A stretch of 64,000 bases of DNA from Carcharhinus longimanus (lineage: Eukaryota), in contig JASCQW010000098.1 of assembly GCA_030264375.1 (NCBI GenBank), forward strand, positions 53,820,289-53,884,288, in the 5' to 3' direction. Under the pieces are notes generated by a model. That model worked only from the letters and a program-made list of their open reading frames with translations. It was not told the DNA's origin and ran no database searches. Each line of letters begins with the position of its first letter. Position 1 is the first letter of the stretch. This document shows positions 26,441 to 41,312 of the stretch, piece after piece. The position numbers and the translations under genes were made by a program.

Positions 26441-29243
26441 ATGTAGATCCTGTGGTCTTTTGCCTCTCTGGCACTTTTAATATCACTGCATCATTCCATT
26501 CTGGAGCAGAGATTTCTCTTTCTCTCTGTCAGAAGGTGCAGGTGTGAGCAGCCCTTTGAAGTTCTCTGACAGCAAGGCAATGTCATTTTTGCTGGTGGAG
26601 AGGGGGTTTTCCTCAGCAGCTGTTCACTCAACCCCAATGTATTCTCATAGCTTTTATCTGAAGCCTCTAAGCTTTCCAGGAAAGCCAAAATTTTTGTAAC
26701 GCTTTCTATTCCATTGAAAACCTTTGATGCCTTTCAATTTCACAGTATAATGCTGTGAAATAGGCTTTCATTCTTAGCTTAATGGATTTATAGTCAGGCT
26801 TCAGTCCATTGTGTTTATTAACCTTTCCCTTCATGCTTGAATGCATTACCCAATATATTCACACAGCATTAAGTCTCTGATCCTTCCTGGTAAGCTGAAA
26901 CCTTTTGTAGCCCTTTCTATCCAATTGTAAACCTTTGGCCTCTCCAGTATCTCCACTGTTCCAAACCAACTCTAAGCATGATTGACAACTGTGGTTTCTT
27001 CAAATAGAATAAGTGATCTACAAAAGTGGAAGTAAAACCATTTAACCGCTTTGAAGAGACTACATTTGTCAATCAGGCTGGAGTCTATATAAACATTGCA
27101 GTTAGGAACAATGAAGGTACTTGAGATGCATTCAGGTATGAAGAGAAAAGTAAATCAACAAGATGNNNNNNNNNNATGACTGGAGACTGAGTAGAAAGCA
27201 CTGCATCATGAAATTGCCAGAGATCAAAGTTTTCAAAGAAATAGAGAGGGTGTCAAAGATTTCTAGGACGTTTCAGAGACTTCAGGTCTAGGCTGTGTGA
27301 ATACAGTGGGCTGAGTGAGCAGCTATGGAGAATAGAACCTCCAATGAAATTGACATCTGCTCTCTATCAGAGGACTTTACAGGGACCTCATCATACTTGC
27401 AGCTTATGACAGCTAAAAAGTGAAATCTCTGCTGTAGAATGGAGTGTTAAAGTGATGTAAAGTCTGCCAGCTGTCCAGGGGAGAATTAGGGCTGAAGATC
27501 AATGGTGGATTCAATGGTGAGCATAAAATGATGTGGCCACTTCAAAGTTTCATAGCCGACAGGCAGGAATAAAGATGTTGATCAGAGGGCTGCCTAAAAT
27601 CACCATGCGAGGGGTGATCTTCAGGTCCGCCAAGATTAGAAGGGGCAGTCCAACCACTAGACCCCGGTCCCAGTATGGGATCGACTTCCAGAATTAACTG
27701 AGCATTTGTAGCTCGCTGGAAGTTGCTGTCCAATTTACAGTTTAATAATGGTGAATGCTGTTAGCCACTCATTATTTCAAAAACAAAATCCAGCCAATTA
27801 TCTTTAAGCTTGTACGGTCAAATTTGGGACTTTGGGCAAAACACTCCCTCACCTCTGCCGGTAGATTCAATGGTGGGCATAAAATTCAATGGGAGGCCCA
27901 AAAATTGGTTTTATGCCAGTGGGAATTTTCCACATGATTTCCCGTTGGTGTATACATAGTGGATCAGGAAACCCGCTGGTGACCAGCATGAAACTGAGTT
28001 GCATCCCACTAATGGGATGCAAATAAAGGCCCAACCAAATCTTCTCCCCCAGCCCTAATTCTCCATGAAGCCAGCAGGAAAACACACCAGTCTAGAACAC
28101 ATCTGGTACAACATGGTGTGTAGAAGTTGGAACCTAACTAAAGAATGCATGGGCCAGAACTTGGGATGGATGCCTTCAGCAACCCTGGACCCCAGAACAC
28201 CACAGCTGTGAGTGGAGGGAACAACTACAGATGGATCTTCCAGCTTCATTGTCATTGCGGAGGGGTACCTTCCAGCCTCAGAATATTCCTGGAGATCCAT
28301 CTTTTTCATGAAGTCCATCTTCTTTCTTCAATGGTGAAAGTGATGTTGGGCACCTTTTAAATATGGCACCCAGATACGACAAGAGGGCATGTGCAATCAA
28401 ACCCTTCCCACCATAGAACGCAGCACTAAACCCCTGGATGCATAATTAATGAGTCTGGGCCAAAAAATATAGTGTGGTGTTCCTCAGACTTTGCAGTCAG
28501 AAAGACTCCCTGTCCCCTAACCCTACCACAGGACTTAGACCCATATGGAGAATTCTAGTTATTCTTTAATTATTATTTTAACAGAACTCTGCACAGGTAG
28601 ATTTATTTAATGGTCTTTGGATTAAAGGGGAAGGAATCAAATAGCTGCTGCAAATTATTCATAAATGATTTTCTGGCCATTTTTAAATACTTGGGTGCAA
28701 ATGATTGTGTGTGTTAATCATTCATACTTGTCACTTCAAAAAATAAATGATGTATTTATTGTAGCTTAAGATTTCTTACCAGTTCTTTGTCAGTAGAAAA
28801 GATGTTGCTGTGCTAAGTATAACAAGCTGGTTCTTATTTCCTTTAGGGCAAACATTGCATACTTGATGTTTCAGGAAATGCTATAAAACGGTTACAAATT
28901 GCACAACTTTATCCCATTGCTATTTTTATCAAACCAGTATCTGTGGAGTCATTACTGTAAGTAGTTTGCTCCTTTCCTGATTATGATATTCAGTGTTTAG
29001 TATCATTGATTAGGTTAACCATACCTCTGTCTTTAATTGTGCCAATCTCTAAATTTGCAATTGTATGGTGCTTAATTTTGTCTCTCAGAAACATCTCCAA
29101 ACACTTCACGTGATGGAACCCTATATCATGATGTATACCTAATTGGATATTTGTGTATTTGCCCATGTGTCTTGCTGAGTTATGGTTTGTTTCCATGTAT
29201 TTATAGCCTGTGAATACTTATAATACAAGATTATAATCTCAAT

Positions 29244-29571
29244 ATAGAATCATAGAATCCTACAGTGCAGAAAGAGGCCCTTCGGCCCATCAAATCTGCA
29301 CCAAACACAATCCCACCCAGGCCCTACTCCCATATCCCTATATATTATGCCCCACTAATCCCTCTAACCTACGCATCCCTAGACACTAAGGGGCAATTTC
29401 TTAGCATGGTGATTCAACCTAACCCGCACACCTTTGGACTGTGGGAGGAAACCAGAATACCCGGAGGAGAATGTGCAAAGTCCACACAGACAGTGACCCG
29501 AGCCAGGAATTGAACCCAGGACCCTGGAGCTGTGAAGCAGCAGTGCTAATCACTATGCTATCGTGCCGCCC
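29244..29571 (-). mobile_element. HE1/V-SINE, full length
   Basis: Head GGGCGGCACGATAGCATAGTGATTAGCACTG, V-domain, tail GATTCTATGATTCTAT. Confidence 0.92.
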
Positions 29572-30761
29572 TTTTTTATTAGGACTCTGGCTCCAATCTG
29601 ATTCAGGTAGACCCTGGGCCAACAGTTTCTTGTTCCAGTAATTTTGCAAATAAATAGAATCACTCTTTGTCAAATCACTCCTTCAGCCCTGCATTATTTT
29701 CCTGTATCCCAAATCATTCCTGCAGTTCTTTAGTCTTTGTTTTACATACCACTGTGTCTGCCTCAATCTTTGCCTCATAAAGCTTTATTGGTTTATGATT
29801 GCTATTGCTAAAGATTCTAGAGAGGTTTACATGTACAACGTTGGACTGATTTCATTATGGTGCTATTTACTAAGTTTAGCTTAGCCAAGTAGGGAGGGGA
29901 ATGAACCAAGGAGAGAGCTTGATTGGCAACTCAACAGAGAACTGAGGAAGAGTCAATGTCAAGTACTTAGTGTACTCGCTGACTTGAATAAAGGCAGGAG
30001 TTTGTTGTAAACTTCAATTTGGAACAGTCATGCAGAAGTATCGACATGGCTAATTGTACTAATTGCGAGGCTCTACAATCACTCAGCAGGGTAAAGTAAT
30101 TTATGTGTGTTTTCAAAGCACACTATGGACAAGGGAGGTCAATGACAACCTGCTGCAATGCGAGCTTCGACTTGTGCTCCTGCAGAACGCAAGTTTGGAC
30201 TTGTGTTCAATCACCACTCTGCGCTCTAGGAGGCACGCTCTATCACTGCTCTCAGCTCACGAACCCGAGGTCAACCAGTGCATATCGTGGTCTGTCATGC
30301 TATCACATTAAACTGTTCTCCAAGTACCATTCAATGAAGCCACAGACTTTCTTCCACAATCCAAAGGTCTGAAGCTTAAGTGAATTGGCTATGGGAAGTG
30401 TGTGGTGTTATGGGAATAGGGTAGGGTCTGAGTAAGATGTTTGTTCACAATTGGTACAGGCTGAATAGCCTCTTTGTGCTCTGTAGGTTTTCTATGGGTT
30501 ATACCCACACAAGGTCTGTTCTTGGCAGACAGAAAGAACATGTTCACGCATCATGCTTTTTCCAACTAAACAAAAGCTTGAGGGATAGCCATTCTCTGGT
30601 TCTGGACTCACCCATAAGAAGAAAGCATCCTTTCAAACTCCACAATGTCAAGACTGTTTTGGATTTTAAATACTTCAATCAAGTCACCCTTCACTCTTCG
30701 AAGCTCCAATGAAAACAAGCACAATTTGTCCAACCTTTGTTATAAGATAACAAGATTATAA

Positions 30762-30962
30762 GATTTCCAGAAGGCGTTTGATAAGGTGCCTCACAAAAGG
30801 TTGCTGCAAAAGGTTAGGGTGCACGGAGTTGGGGGCAAGGTGTTAGCGTGGATAGAGGATTGGCTGTCTAATAGGAAGCAGAGAGTTGGAATCAATGGGT
30901 GCTATTCTGATTGGCAGTTGGTGACTAGTGGAGTGCCGCAGGGATCGGTGCTGGGGCCTCAA
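30762..30962 (+). mobile_element. CR1 RT fragment (runs into a gap)
   Basis: DFQKAFDKVPHKRLLQKVRVHG...WIEDWLSNRKQRVGING...SGVPQGSVLGP. A similar short piece (MDFSKVFYKVPHGRL) is at ~35075-35200. Confidence 0.9.
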
Positions 30963-31062
30963 NNNNNNNNNNNNNNNNNNNNNNNNNNNNNNNNNNNNNN
31001 NNNNNNNNNNNNNNNNNNNNNNNNNNNNNNNNNNNNNNNNNNNNNNNNNNNNNNNNNNNNNN

Positions 31063-31139
31063 CAGTGACCCGAGCCAGGAATTGAACCCAGGACCCTGGA
31101 GCTGTGAAGCAGCAGTGCTAACCACTGTGCTACCGTGCC
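31063..31139 (-). mobile_element. HE1/V-SINE head (cut by gap)
   Basis: GGCACGGTAGCACAGTGGTTAGCACTGCTGCTTCACAGCTCCAGGG on the reverse strand. Confidence 0.85.
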
Positions 31140-34100
31140 AATCCAAACTGGGTTAACTCATTGAATGTCTGAGATTAATCCGAGTCAAATTTAGATATGT
31201 TTGTTGCTGAAACTAATAACAAGGTGTTACAAATGAAGATTGAAAAGTAGGCTTTGCACATGAATGTCACTTTCCACACCCTCCCATTAGGTTTCCATCA
31301 ATGTGATAGCTACTAAGAGCTTGATATTAACATCCTGTCCCACGACTACTATCACTGAAGGATTGAGAGGGAATCGGGCTGTGATTAAATTAGTGATTGC
31401 TCAAAACGTGACCCTAATCTATTGTGCATGCACTAATGGGAACTTCATTGACAAATTTAAATCGGATTTCCATTGTGCAAGTTAAAATTCACTGTGCACA
31501 AGTTTCCAGTGGTTGAAAATTCAGCAGTGACAGGGAGACCCTTCAATGAAGCCTTTAATCTCCCCCACCATGAGCATCTCTGATCTCCTGCCCATCCAAC
31601 CCCAATGTCCTCTGTCTCCCTGGAGCCCCACCCCAGTGTCCTCTCTGTACATCACAATGTTCAGTCATCCACTCCCACCCAATGCAATGTCTCAGCTCAG
31701 TTGCCAATTGGGATCATAAAGAATATAGTGAGGGCCTGCCATTAAGTTTTGCAGGACTTCTAGATCCCTCGCCTTGACAGGTCCTTTAGTTATTTTTGTC
31801 TCTCCTCATACCCTCCCCACCGCTGTAAGTATCAGGCCCAGTGGATGCTTTCTGGTTGGATGCATGATCTATTGAAAGAAATGTTCCAAACTCCATAGCA
31901 TAATGCAAAGGCTTTTTTTCATTATCAAGGTTCCATTTTGATTTCAGTTTTCCAATTTAGAATCTCAGGAGTTCAAAAAAATCAGATCCTGAAAAAGTAC
32001 ATTTCAACCCTGACCTTCACCTGCAAGTAAATTATGTCTTCTGTGACTTGTTCCCCACAGCAGTATTGATAGTAGAACACTTTAGCAATCAGTAATTAAA
32101 TAAACTGCTGGGTGCTTCCATGCCATTACACAGCCCTACAGCAAGTGGTCCTCTCACTGGTTGAAAATTAGGGTCACATAAAGTCTTAAAGTTGAGCAGC
32201 TATTGACTAACATTATTTTACCACAGCTCGACACAGCAAATTAATTCCACGTGTTTATATATAGAAACCTAAGCAATGATGTAATATTTAAAATGTCACT
32301 TCACATCAGAAAGTCTGATTGGCAAATTCTGCTGGATATAAGATGCTCCATTATGTGAATAAAACCACTTCGGGCCAGACTGCACATACTGTGGCAACAG
32401 CTTGCGCCTCCCTGTGTGAATGTAATTGGCTCCAGGCTGCTAATGATGCTTGCAAGCAAAAATCTGTCAGTTTGCAGAAGTTCATTCCAAAGAAGTTTCT
32501 TTGTCTAAAGATTCATGGTGGTAGTGGTGAATGACCAGGCATAACACGGATCATTTATTTTATTGAAAGCGTGATCAGGATTACTGTTAGTACACTTATG
32601 CAGTGTTACTATCCTGCATCTTTAGTTTGGTGAAAGTCTTGATGACAGATGTGTGCATGTATTGTACTTCTTTATATTCTTCTTAATTCACTATTAAGCC
32701 ATTAGCTATACTGCTCAAAATTCAGAAGTTTGTGTGCATCTTTGAAAACAGTCATTATAAAATTTTAGTTTTAGAGCATCTGTGAGTGAGATTTTTGTAT
32801 AATTCTCTTGTGGAGTCTAACAAAGCAGATATGGATGGGATAACAGATGGGCTTGTTTTTGGGTGAGAATGGGACATTGATGTTCCTCCTGATTCTGTAA
32901 AAGTAACTCACCTGATGCCTACGCCTTTCTGCAGCCCCCACCGTCAGAAAGTGCCCACTTGGCCCTCTAGAAGAATTTTTTATTTTGTTTTTTTTCATTT
33001 TCAGTCAGTGAGCTGCTACTCAGTGCCAGAGACACATGGGCAGATTGTGCTAAACATTAACTTGCAACCCGAATATACAAACAATTTGCACCATTGGCTG
33101 ATACTAATGACCAAGCATACCAATCACTCTGTCTATCATCCATGCAATGTCAATATATCTCAAGATTTATACTATATGGAAGGAATTGAATAAATAAAAT
33201 TGTCAGTATTGGCTCAATGAAAGCACTCTTGCTCCCAGTCAAAGGTTTAGTCCTGCATTGTCATATCTTTGNNNNNNNNNNNNNNNNNNNNNNNNNNNNN
33301 NNNNNNNNNNNNNNNNNNNNNNNNNNNNNNNNNNNNNNNNNNNNNNNNNNNNNNNNNNNNNNNNNNNNNNNCCAGGATTCCAGTGTGTGCTAAGATCATA
33401 TTTAGGAGGTGAGAAAGATGTTTTGAAACATACCGTGCTTGTTCCTTTGGGGGGATAATGTAACCTAGAAAGAAAACATTTATTAGTATAACTTTGTTTA
33501 CAGATTCCCCATTGTTGCTGAGATAAAGTGCTTTATGTGTCACTGGAGATAATCTATGTACTCTTTATGTTCAGATGGATTTAAAATAATCAATTCATGT
33601 GAGCATAGAGATTTAATGATCAGGAAAGGGCTAGCTGGACCATTAAGTCTGCGTCCATGATAGCCAAACCATCATGCTGAAACATTTCTTCCAGCATCCC
33701 CACTTTCCTCCCTTCCCCATAGCATGTAATCCTCTGGAGGAGACACAGGTACAGAGAAAACACCATCGGAATATAAGGGAGAAAATACTCTCGAAAATTC
33801 TTCTCTGACCACGTCACATGATCAAAGCTAATCCAGGAGTATATGAACCAAGTGCTATCTGTAGAAAATGCTAGGAAATCTGTCCAAGTCAAATATCAAT
33901 CAGTTGTCATGATCCCCAAGGAGACAAATAACTTTTATAAAGATATTTGAATTCCCAATCAACGACTCAAAAAAATTGTACAGCAAGATTTCAAGTTTTA
34001 AGACTTTATGTAACAAACAATCTGAAAGCAGCGAAGTCTAAACATAAGCTAGTAGGCAACTAGTACTCCAAACTCCAGAAAAGATCATCCTTATTAATGT

Positions 34101-36384
34101 TTTAATGCAATTGATAATCCTACATCACATACATATATATTATAGCATGCTCTTCCATTGGATTACAGTCTTCATTGGAAACAGTCCCCAGTGACTCCCA
34201 GCTTTCAATAGATTTCTGACATCCTTAAATCTAGTCTATTATTATTACAGTTTAAATTCATGTTTCTTCATCCTCCTCAATCTGTTAAGCTGAAATAATC
34301 TAATAATAGGGACACGTTTAGCCCTTTTATGGAATTCCATCAGGCTGCCTCTTTATTGTTCTAGAGTGAATGGATTCAGGCCATTGTGAGTAGCTCAGGC
34401 TTTTGAAGCTATATCTTTCACCCAATGTGGAGTGACCAAAACTGAGCACAACACTCTTTCTGTGGTCTGGCCACTGATCTGTATGTCTAAATGCTGTCCT
34501 TTGACTTATACTGAATAAACCTATTACTATTAATTCCAGTTTTCTACTATTAATTATATTACTAATACTTAATACCACCCAATATCATGTTAGCTTTAGT
34601 TAAAGTATCTTTACATTGATCATGATCTCTACACAATAAGATTTCTTTTAGCTCAAACTCTTTCAGTATTTTTTCCTGCAAATGATAGGTACATTCTACA
34701 TTGGCATCTCATCATCGATGATATTGTTCAAAGCAGAGCAGGCGATATCTTGTGCACAATTTGACTGCTGTATCAGTCCACATAACAGCAGTACTTTGGT
34801 TCATTGGCACCAAGCTAAAGCAGACCCCAAGATCCAGAAGGTTAGACATGAAAGCTAAACCTTAATATTCAAAACAAGTGAGATTTATTCATTCACAGTG
34901 GTCACATCTTTAAGTACAAAGATAAAGAAAACAGTGAAAGGAGCTACCCTTCCAGCAAATTGATCATGGGGTAGGGGGTTGGGAGGTGGTGGATTGGGGG
35001 CAGATGGTCATGGGGGAAAGGGGTTTTTGGCAGCAAGGGAGGTGAGGTGGCTCTCAGTGGGCCCCCCACCTCCCAATGACCTGGTGTGTAGACAAGGGCA
35101 GTGCGGTCAATGTAGTTTATATGGATTTCAGCAAAGTCTTTTACAAGGTCCCACATGGAAGACTTATAAGGAAGGTTAAATCACATGGGATACAGAGTAA
35201 TCATTGTCCAATCATTGTGTCATCTGCAAACTTACTAATCCTACCCCCTCATAGCCATCTGGTACAGTACTCATCAGAATGGGGAAACATACTTCCATCT
35301 GCTGCTGCTCCAATGCTTCAAGGTTATTATGGAATCTGCCGTCTTACTGGTCTTCTTTCAACTTTTTTTTACTACATTTTGATCTCATCTCAAGCTGCCA
35401 CAAACCTAAAAGTGTTCCTTTTAAATTGTTGGTCATGACTAATTCCAGTTCACAGTCTGATCCCTCTCCTGCTAGACATCCTGCCCTAAATTCCTGATTG
35501 GGCGTGCAACCCCTCCACTATTACCTTTTCAGCACTTTTCATCAGGAGCCACTATATAGTAAGCCAAAGCTTTATTCTCAGTGTTGAAACAGCGGAGACA
35601 CAAGTGAGTGGACCACACCTCCTTCCCCCCCGGAAACCATAAAATTCAGCCCCTTGATTTTATCTGTAACAACCCTTTGAGTTAGTATTATTTGGTCAAC
35701 ACTATAAATATAGACTTTCCATTCAACAACTGGGCTAATGAAATCCAATTATTGTCATATTATGATTTGCTATACCTCTCCTACAGGATTTAAATGTGAG
35801 GAAAGCTACCTGATAAATATTGTATAAATTGTGGTACTGGCCTTTTCTGTTACAGGGAAATGAATAAACGCTTGACAGAAGAACAAGGTAAAAAGACATT
35901 TGATAGAGCTCTGAAACTGGAACAGGAATTTGGAGAACATTTTACAGGTATACATGCATTCGCCCAGCTGCAATAAAGCATTGGAAAAAAAAATGAGCAA
36001 GCTTGCACAAAAACCATTCCAAAAATGTTGGAAGTTGCCTTTCCTCAGTTTATAAAGTGTAGTAGTTTTAGAGTTAGTTTTGCTACTCTTTTTGGGTGAA
36101 ACAAACATTAGAGTCTTGCAGTAAAATAATCTTTGAGTTATTTATTCATAGCAATATCCAGTAAAACTATGCCAATGTGCATCCTTCCATTGCATAATAA
36201 AGTCAACAAAAATGTATCGCTGGAAACATAAGAAGCAGAATATTACATGCAAGTAATTTGTTTATGATTGCTTCCACCCCCATGTGCAGTGTTTTTATTT
36301 AATGTAGAATTATCAGATCTAACCGGGCCATGATGCTAGTATTGCCATTGTTGAAAGTATTTGATGATTGAATAGTTAAGAAAA

Positions 36385-36832
36385 GATTTATTAAGATGCT
36401 ACTGGGCCTTGATGGTTTGAGTTATAAGGAGAGGCTGGATAGACTGGGCTGAGGGTTGATCCTGTAGAGGCCTATAAAATAATGAAGGACATAGATCAGC
36501 TAGATAGTCGATATCTTTCCCCAAAGGCAGGGGACTCTAAAACTAGAGGGCATAGGTTTAAAGCGAGAGGGGAGAGATACAAAAGTGTCCAAAGGGGCAA
36601 TTGTTTCACACAGAGGGTGGTTAATGTCTGTAACAAGTTGCCAGAAGTAGTAGTAGAAATGGGTACAATTTTGTCTTTTAAAAAGGATTAAAATAGTTAC
36701 ATGGGTAAGATAGATATTGAGGGATATGGCCAAATGCAGGCAATCAGGACTAGCCTAGGGATTTAAAAAAAGGGCGGCATGGACAAGTTGGGCCGAAGAG
36801 CCAGTTTCATGCTGTAAACCTCTATGACTCTA
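36385..36832 (+). mobile_element. CR1 LINE 3' end
   Basis: MKDIDQLDSRYLSPKAGDSKTRGHRFKARGE...TQRVVNVCNKLP and tail CTCTATGACTCTA. Same subfamily as 1-298. Confidence 0.9.
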
Positions 36833-37384
36833 CTAATCTGTGCTCCATTAGATGCTGTTTGGCAATTGTGCTAGCTTTCCTATGCAAATATTTTGTATCC
36901 TGTATATTCCAACTATATTTTGTCATCATATAATTGGATGAAGATCTAGTCATCTTGAAAGTTAATACTTGAATTTTGTGAACATTTGTGTGACTGATTG
37001 CAGGTGGGTTGCTCAGTACTATTGCAAGTCATTTTGAAAGGGATTCATACTATACAGCCAATAATTCTAACAGTGAAGCAAAATTTTCTCAACTCAGAAA
37101 TCCCAGCTGTAACTACACACAGATGTGCTGTAAAGTAACACATTATAAATAATTAAAATAATTATAATTAAAAGTTAATACATTTAAAAGAGAGTGGGGG
37201 AGAAATGTGTTCAATGCTATATAGACTTGCTTCAATTCACCATGCAGTAGGTTGTTGCCTGTGTGGCCTGCATTGTCGTTACCACTGAAATATTTGAAGA
37301 ACAGGCATGCAGATACAGGCTGCTTTAACTCATTTCTCCCCCAGGATCAATAATCTAAATTAATATCACAATGTAGTAGTGGGG

Positions 37385-37680
37385 TTGTGCCCCACTGTGA
37401 GAGGTACCATCTTTCAGGTAGAAGGTTTATCTACCTTCTGTAGATATAAAAGGTTCCATGACACTATTGAAAGAAGAGCCCTTCCAGTATCTTGGACACT
37501 GTTCGTTCGTCAACCAACAGATTATCTGGCCATGTATCTGATTGTTGTTTATAGATCCTTGCTGTGTGCACATTGCTGCCACATTCCCAACATTATGACA
37601 GTAACTACACTTCAAAATACTTCATTGCTGTGGAACACTTTTGAGATACTCTGAGAGTTTGAAAGGCATCACACAAATAC
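37385..37680 (+). mobile_element. DeuSINE/SacSINE-like relic
   Basis: ACAGATTATCTGG...GATCCTTGCTGTGTGCACATTGCTGCC...CAGTAACTACACTTCAAAATACTTCATTG. Confidence 0.6.
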
Positions 37681-37912
37681 TTCACAATAAAATTTAACAA
37701 ATGGATTGATGTATATATATTTTAAGGTAATCAAAGTTAAGTGGATTTAGCCCTGAAATTCTGTGGTGTTTGGAATTCAATTATGGGATTCCATCCCCCT
37801 AAAAGAATATGGAAGTGGAATCAATTGAACTTTTCAAGATCAAGAGCAATAGACTTCGGTTGAGCAAAGGTACCAAGAATGTGGATCAAGGGATCAAATG
37901 GAGTTGAAAAGG

Positions 37913-38222
37913 GTGGCATAGTGACAAAGTGGTTAGCACTGCTTCCTCATAGCTCCAGGAGCCCAGGTTCAATTCCGGCATCGGGTCACTGTCTGTGTGG
38001 AGTTTGCATGTTCTCCCCGTGTCTGGGTGTTCAGGTTTCATCCCACATGCCAAAGATGTACGGGTTAGGTTGATTGGCCATGATAAATTGTTCCTTAGTG
38101 GCAGGGTGACTGGGAAGGTAATTATCGGTATTACAGGGGTAGGACTTGAGTGGGATTGTTGTCGGTGAAGACCTAATGGGCCAAATGGCCTCCTTCTGCA
38201 CTGTAGATTCTATGATTCTATA
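37913..38222 (+). mobile_element. HE1/V-SINE with CR1-type tail
   Basis: AGTGGTTAGCACTGCTTCCTCATAGCTCCAGG, B-box-like GGTTCAATTCC, V-domain, tail GATTCTATGATTCTAT. Confidence 0.9.
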
Positions 38223-39904
38223 AATTCAATTACAGTAACTGAATGATAGCACAGGTTCAATGGGCTAAATGGTCATCTCCTGTTCCTGTGTTTCTAGATA
38301 GTGTCTCCTGTTTACCAGCATAATAATATAGTAATCAGAGGAAGGATATTTATAAAGAATAAAATTAAGATGATTGAATTTAAATCACAAGCATTAATTC
38401 TTGTTTTTATTTAAACCCACAGCAATAGTACAAGGAGAAACCTTGGAAACGATTTACAACCAATGCAAACTAGCTATTGAAGAACAATCTGGTCCATACA
38501 TTTGGGTTCCCTCAAAGGAGAAATTGTGAATCAGCCATAGATGTGAGACTGATAAGAACACCTGTTTAGATAGTGACATTTAATTTGTTTTTAATTGCAT
38601 TTTCATCTCAATCCATAAATGTAATCATGAATGTACATTGAGTTAGAAGCTCAGCAGGATGTTTCTGCACAAGTCAGAGCTACATTCAGGGGGAGGGGGA
38701 TTCAAAGACTACAAAGCCAAGATATGGCAAAGAAGAAAGGGGCTTCTGGGACATCTTGAAGGATTCTACATCACTTGTGCATCCAGGCCACATGTGTATG
38801 CAAGAGAATTCTTGTGTAAGATATTTTAGCCCTTATGATCAAATGGACAAAGCAGGGACTCCTGTATTTAGCTTCATTCCCTGACAGGGCAGTGCCCAAC
38901 ATTGCAACATCCAGCCAGACTGTGTGAATTAGTGATTCACTAGAAAGCAAAATCCGGCAGATTTTGTAACTATGCAGATAGAATTCATCACATAATTTTT
39001 TAACCGAGTTTTATTGTTGAGAGTGAACATTATATAAAGATGAACTCACATCTATAAAATCCAAATAAGAAGCATTTTCAAGTGTTCAACACATTTTAGG
39101 ATGTGTTCAATTTGACAACTGGTTAAAATCAGGATACGTACTATAAATTTTAATATTTGTATTCAGAGGTTATTGAAATAATTTATAGTAAAGGAAATAT
39201 ATGCTGTAAATTGTGAGGTCTATTGGTCATGTTTTATGACAGACTCAGCATTGACTAGAAATATTATTTTGAAGAAATTTAGAGAACAGGACAATTTGCA
39301 ACTGGTTTTATGTGATTAGAATCTAAATGAATTGATTATCAATTGATTTGTGAATAACAGTAAATTCATTGAATTCTCCAAATGTTGCTTGTGAAGATTC
39401 ACTTACTTTTCTTCCCTTATGAAAATAAGCATGCAGCTTGAAATTTTATCCTCTATCTAATTAGTCAATGTTAATTTGTGTGCTCTGCATTACAGTTTGG
39501 AGATTAATGACTGTGGCTAAGTACAATCAAAAAAATGTCATAGTGATTTCCTACCTAGCCATAGCAATGTTTAATTTTTTTTGTTTAATCCAATTTATTA
39601 TTTAGTATTTAGTTCAGTGCTGCGTGGCTGTTTCTATTCTGAAGCTACTATAGCAATTTTTCAAAATTTATCCATTTTGCTTTTATTTATTTTTGTTTAG
39701 CTGGGATTTTATCTTCTGTGTTCTTGAGTGAATTGTACTGTATGAACTGCTGTATTTAAGGTGCACTGTAAGATTATGCTTGTCCTGTACTGGTTTGATC
39801 ACAGTTAAACTCAATTTTAGTCTATAGTGCAAATTTAAAATACTCCATACCCATTATTAGTCCAGTAAGGAGGGAATTTTAAACTCTGAATAAATGGAAT
39901 TGTC

Positions 39905-40572
39905 AAATTATAAAATGGTTGCAGCACTGAAGGAGATCATTCAGCCCATTATGTCCATGCTGGTTCTCTGCAAGAGCAACTGAGCTAATTCTACTCCCCT
40001 GGCCACGCAGCTGTTTTCTCTTTGAATAATTATCTGTAACCCTTTTGAAAGCCATGATTGATTCTGGCTGTATCACACTCTCAGGTAGTGCATTCCAGAT
40101 CCTAACCACTTGCTGTGCGAAAAGATTCTCCTTATCTCATCTTGGCCATTCACTTTAACTTGGTGTCATCTGGTGTACAACTCTTCTACCAATCAAATCC
40201 CTTCTAAACGTTCTCTTCTTTAAGAAGAAAAGCTCCAGCTTGTCCAATCTAGCCTCATCACTGGAACCATTCTTGTAAATCTTTTCTGCACCCTCGCTAT
40301 TGCTTTCACATCCTTCCTAAAGAGTAGTGCACAGAATTGGACACAATATTCCAACTGAGGCCAAACCAGTGCATTATAAAGTTTCGCCATAAATTCCTTG
40401 CTCTTGTACCCCATGCCTTTATTATAAAACTTGGGCTCCCATATAGTGTACTACCCAATTTCTTTACCTCTGGCCACCTTCAAAGATATGCACCAAGTCC
40501 CTTTGTTCCTGTATCCACTTTAGAACTATACCCCTTCTTTTACACTGTCCCTCCTTGTTCTTCCTGCCAATA
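39905..40572 (-). mobile_element. CR1 LINE 3' fragment
   Basis: GYKSKEFMAKLYNALVWPQLEYCVQF...VQKRFTRMVP and VRIWNALPESV. Confidence 0.85.
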
Positions 40573-41002
40573 GATGGTGCATTTATCTAAGAATATACTT
40601 ACTTAAAAGAAAAATATCACAGATGCTGGAAACTTGTAATACAAACAGAAAATGCTAAAAGAAAATACACTGAGCCAGTAAGGCAGCATCTGTAGAGTGA
40701 GAAACAAGATTAATATTTCAGGGTGTAATTGTGAGAACAATTACATATATTTTTCACAAAACTTACTTTCTGTCTTCTGCACTTATCAATGTGCATTCCA
40801 GGATTGCGATTAGTAAAACATTCATGGGGAGAAAATGGGTATGGAGTAAATAAATTGACCCATCAGTGAAGCTTTCAATTCAATTTGACCAGCTAGTTGC
40901 AGAATATTTATTAACTATTAATCACGATGTTAGAATTCTCAGGAGTTAAACTTAGAGCACTTGGGTATTACAGGACTTGAATCTAAGCTCCCATGGAGTA
41001 CA

Positions 41003-41312
41003 AAAGCAAAATACTGCAGATGCTGGAAATATGAAATAAAAATAGAAAATGTGGAGAAACATAGCAGCTCAGGAAGCATCTATGGAGAAAAAAATTAAAA
41101 TGACAACTTGGTCAAATGGTCATTGATCTTGAATGTTGCTGGAAACCTCCAACCTCATCAGCAACTGGGATTCTCCAGTGCAGCTGCAGTTTTGGCTGAG
41201 CACCAAATTCTCCATTCTCACAGGGCAGGACAAAAGGGATCATAGAATTCTGACTCTTGCTTTCTCCACAGATGCTTCTTGACTTGTGTATTTCCTGCAT
41301 TTTCTACTTTCT
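41003..41312. repeat. Inverted-repeat dispersed element (possibly Penelope-derived) with an internal insert
   Basis: AGAAAATGTGGAGAAAC...AGGAAGCATCTATGGAGAAA is mirrored by TTTCTCCACAGATGCTTCTTG...CTGCATTTTCTA. Half copies at ~40610-40725 and ~59045-59168. Confidence 0.55.

Noticed and set aside
41003-41312. Hammerhead ribozyme in the Penelope-like inverted repeat
   Set aside because: The CTGANGA and GAAA core boxes are not intact in this copy.
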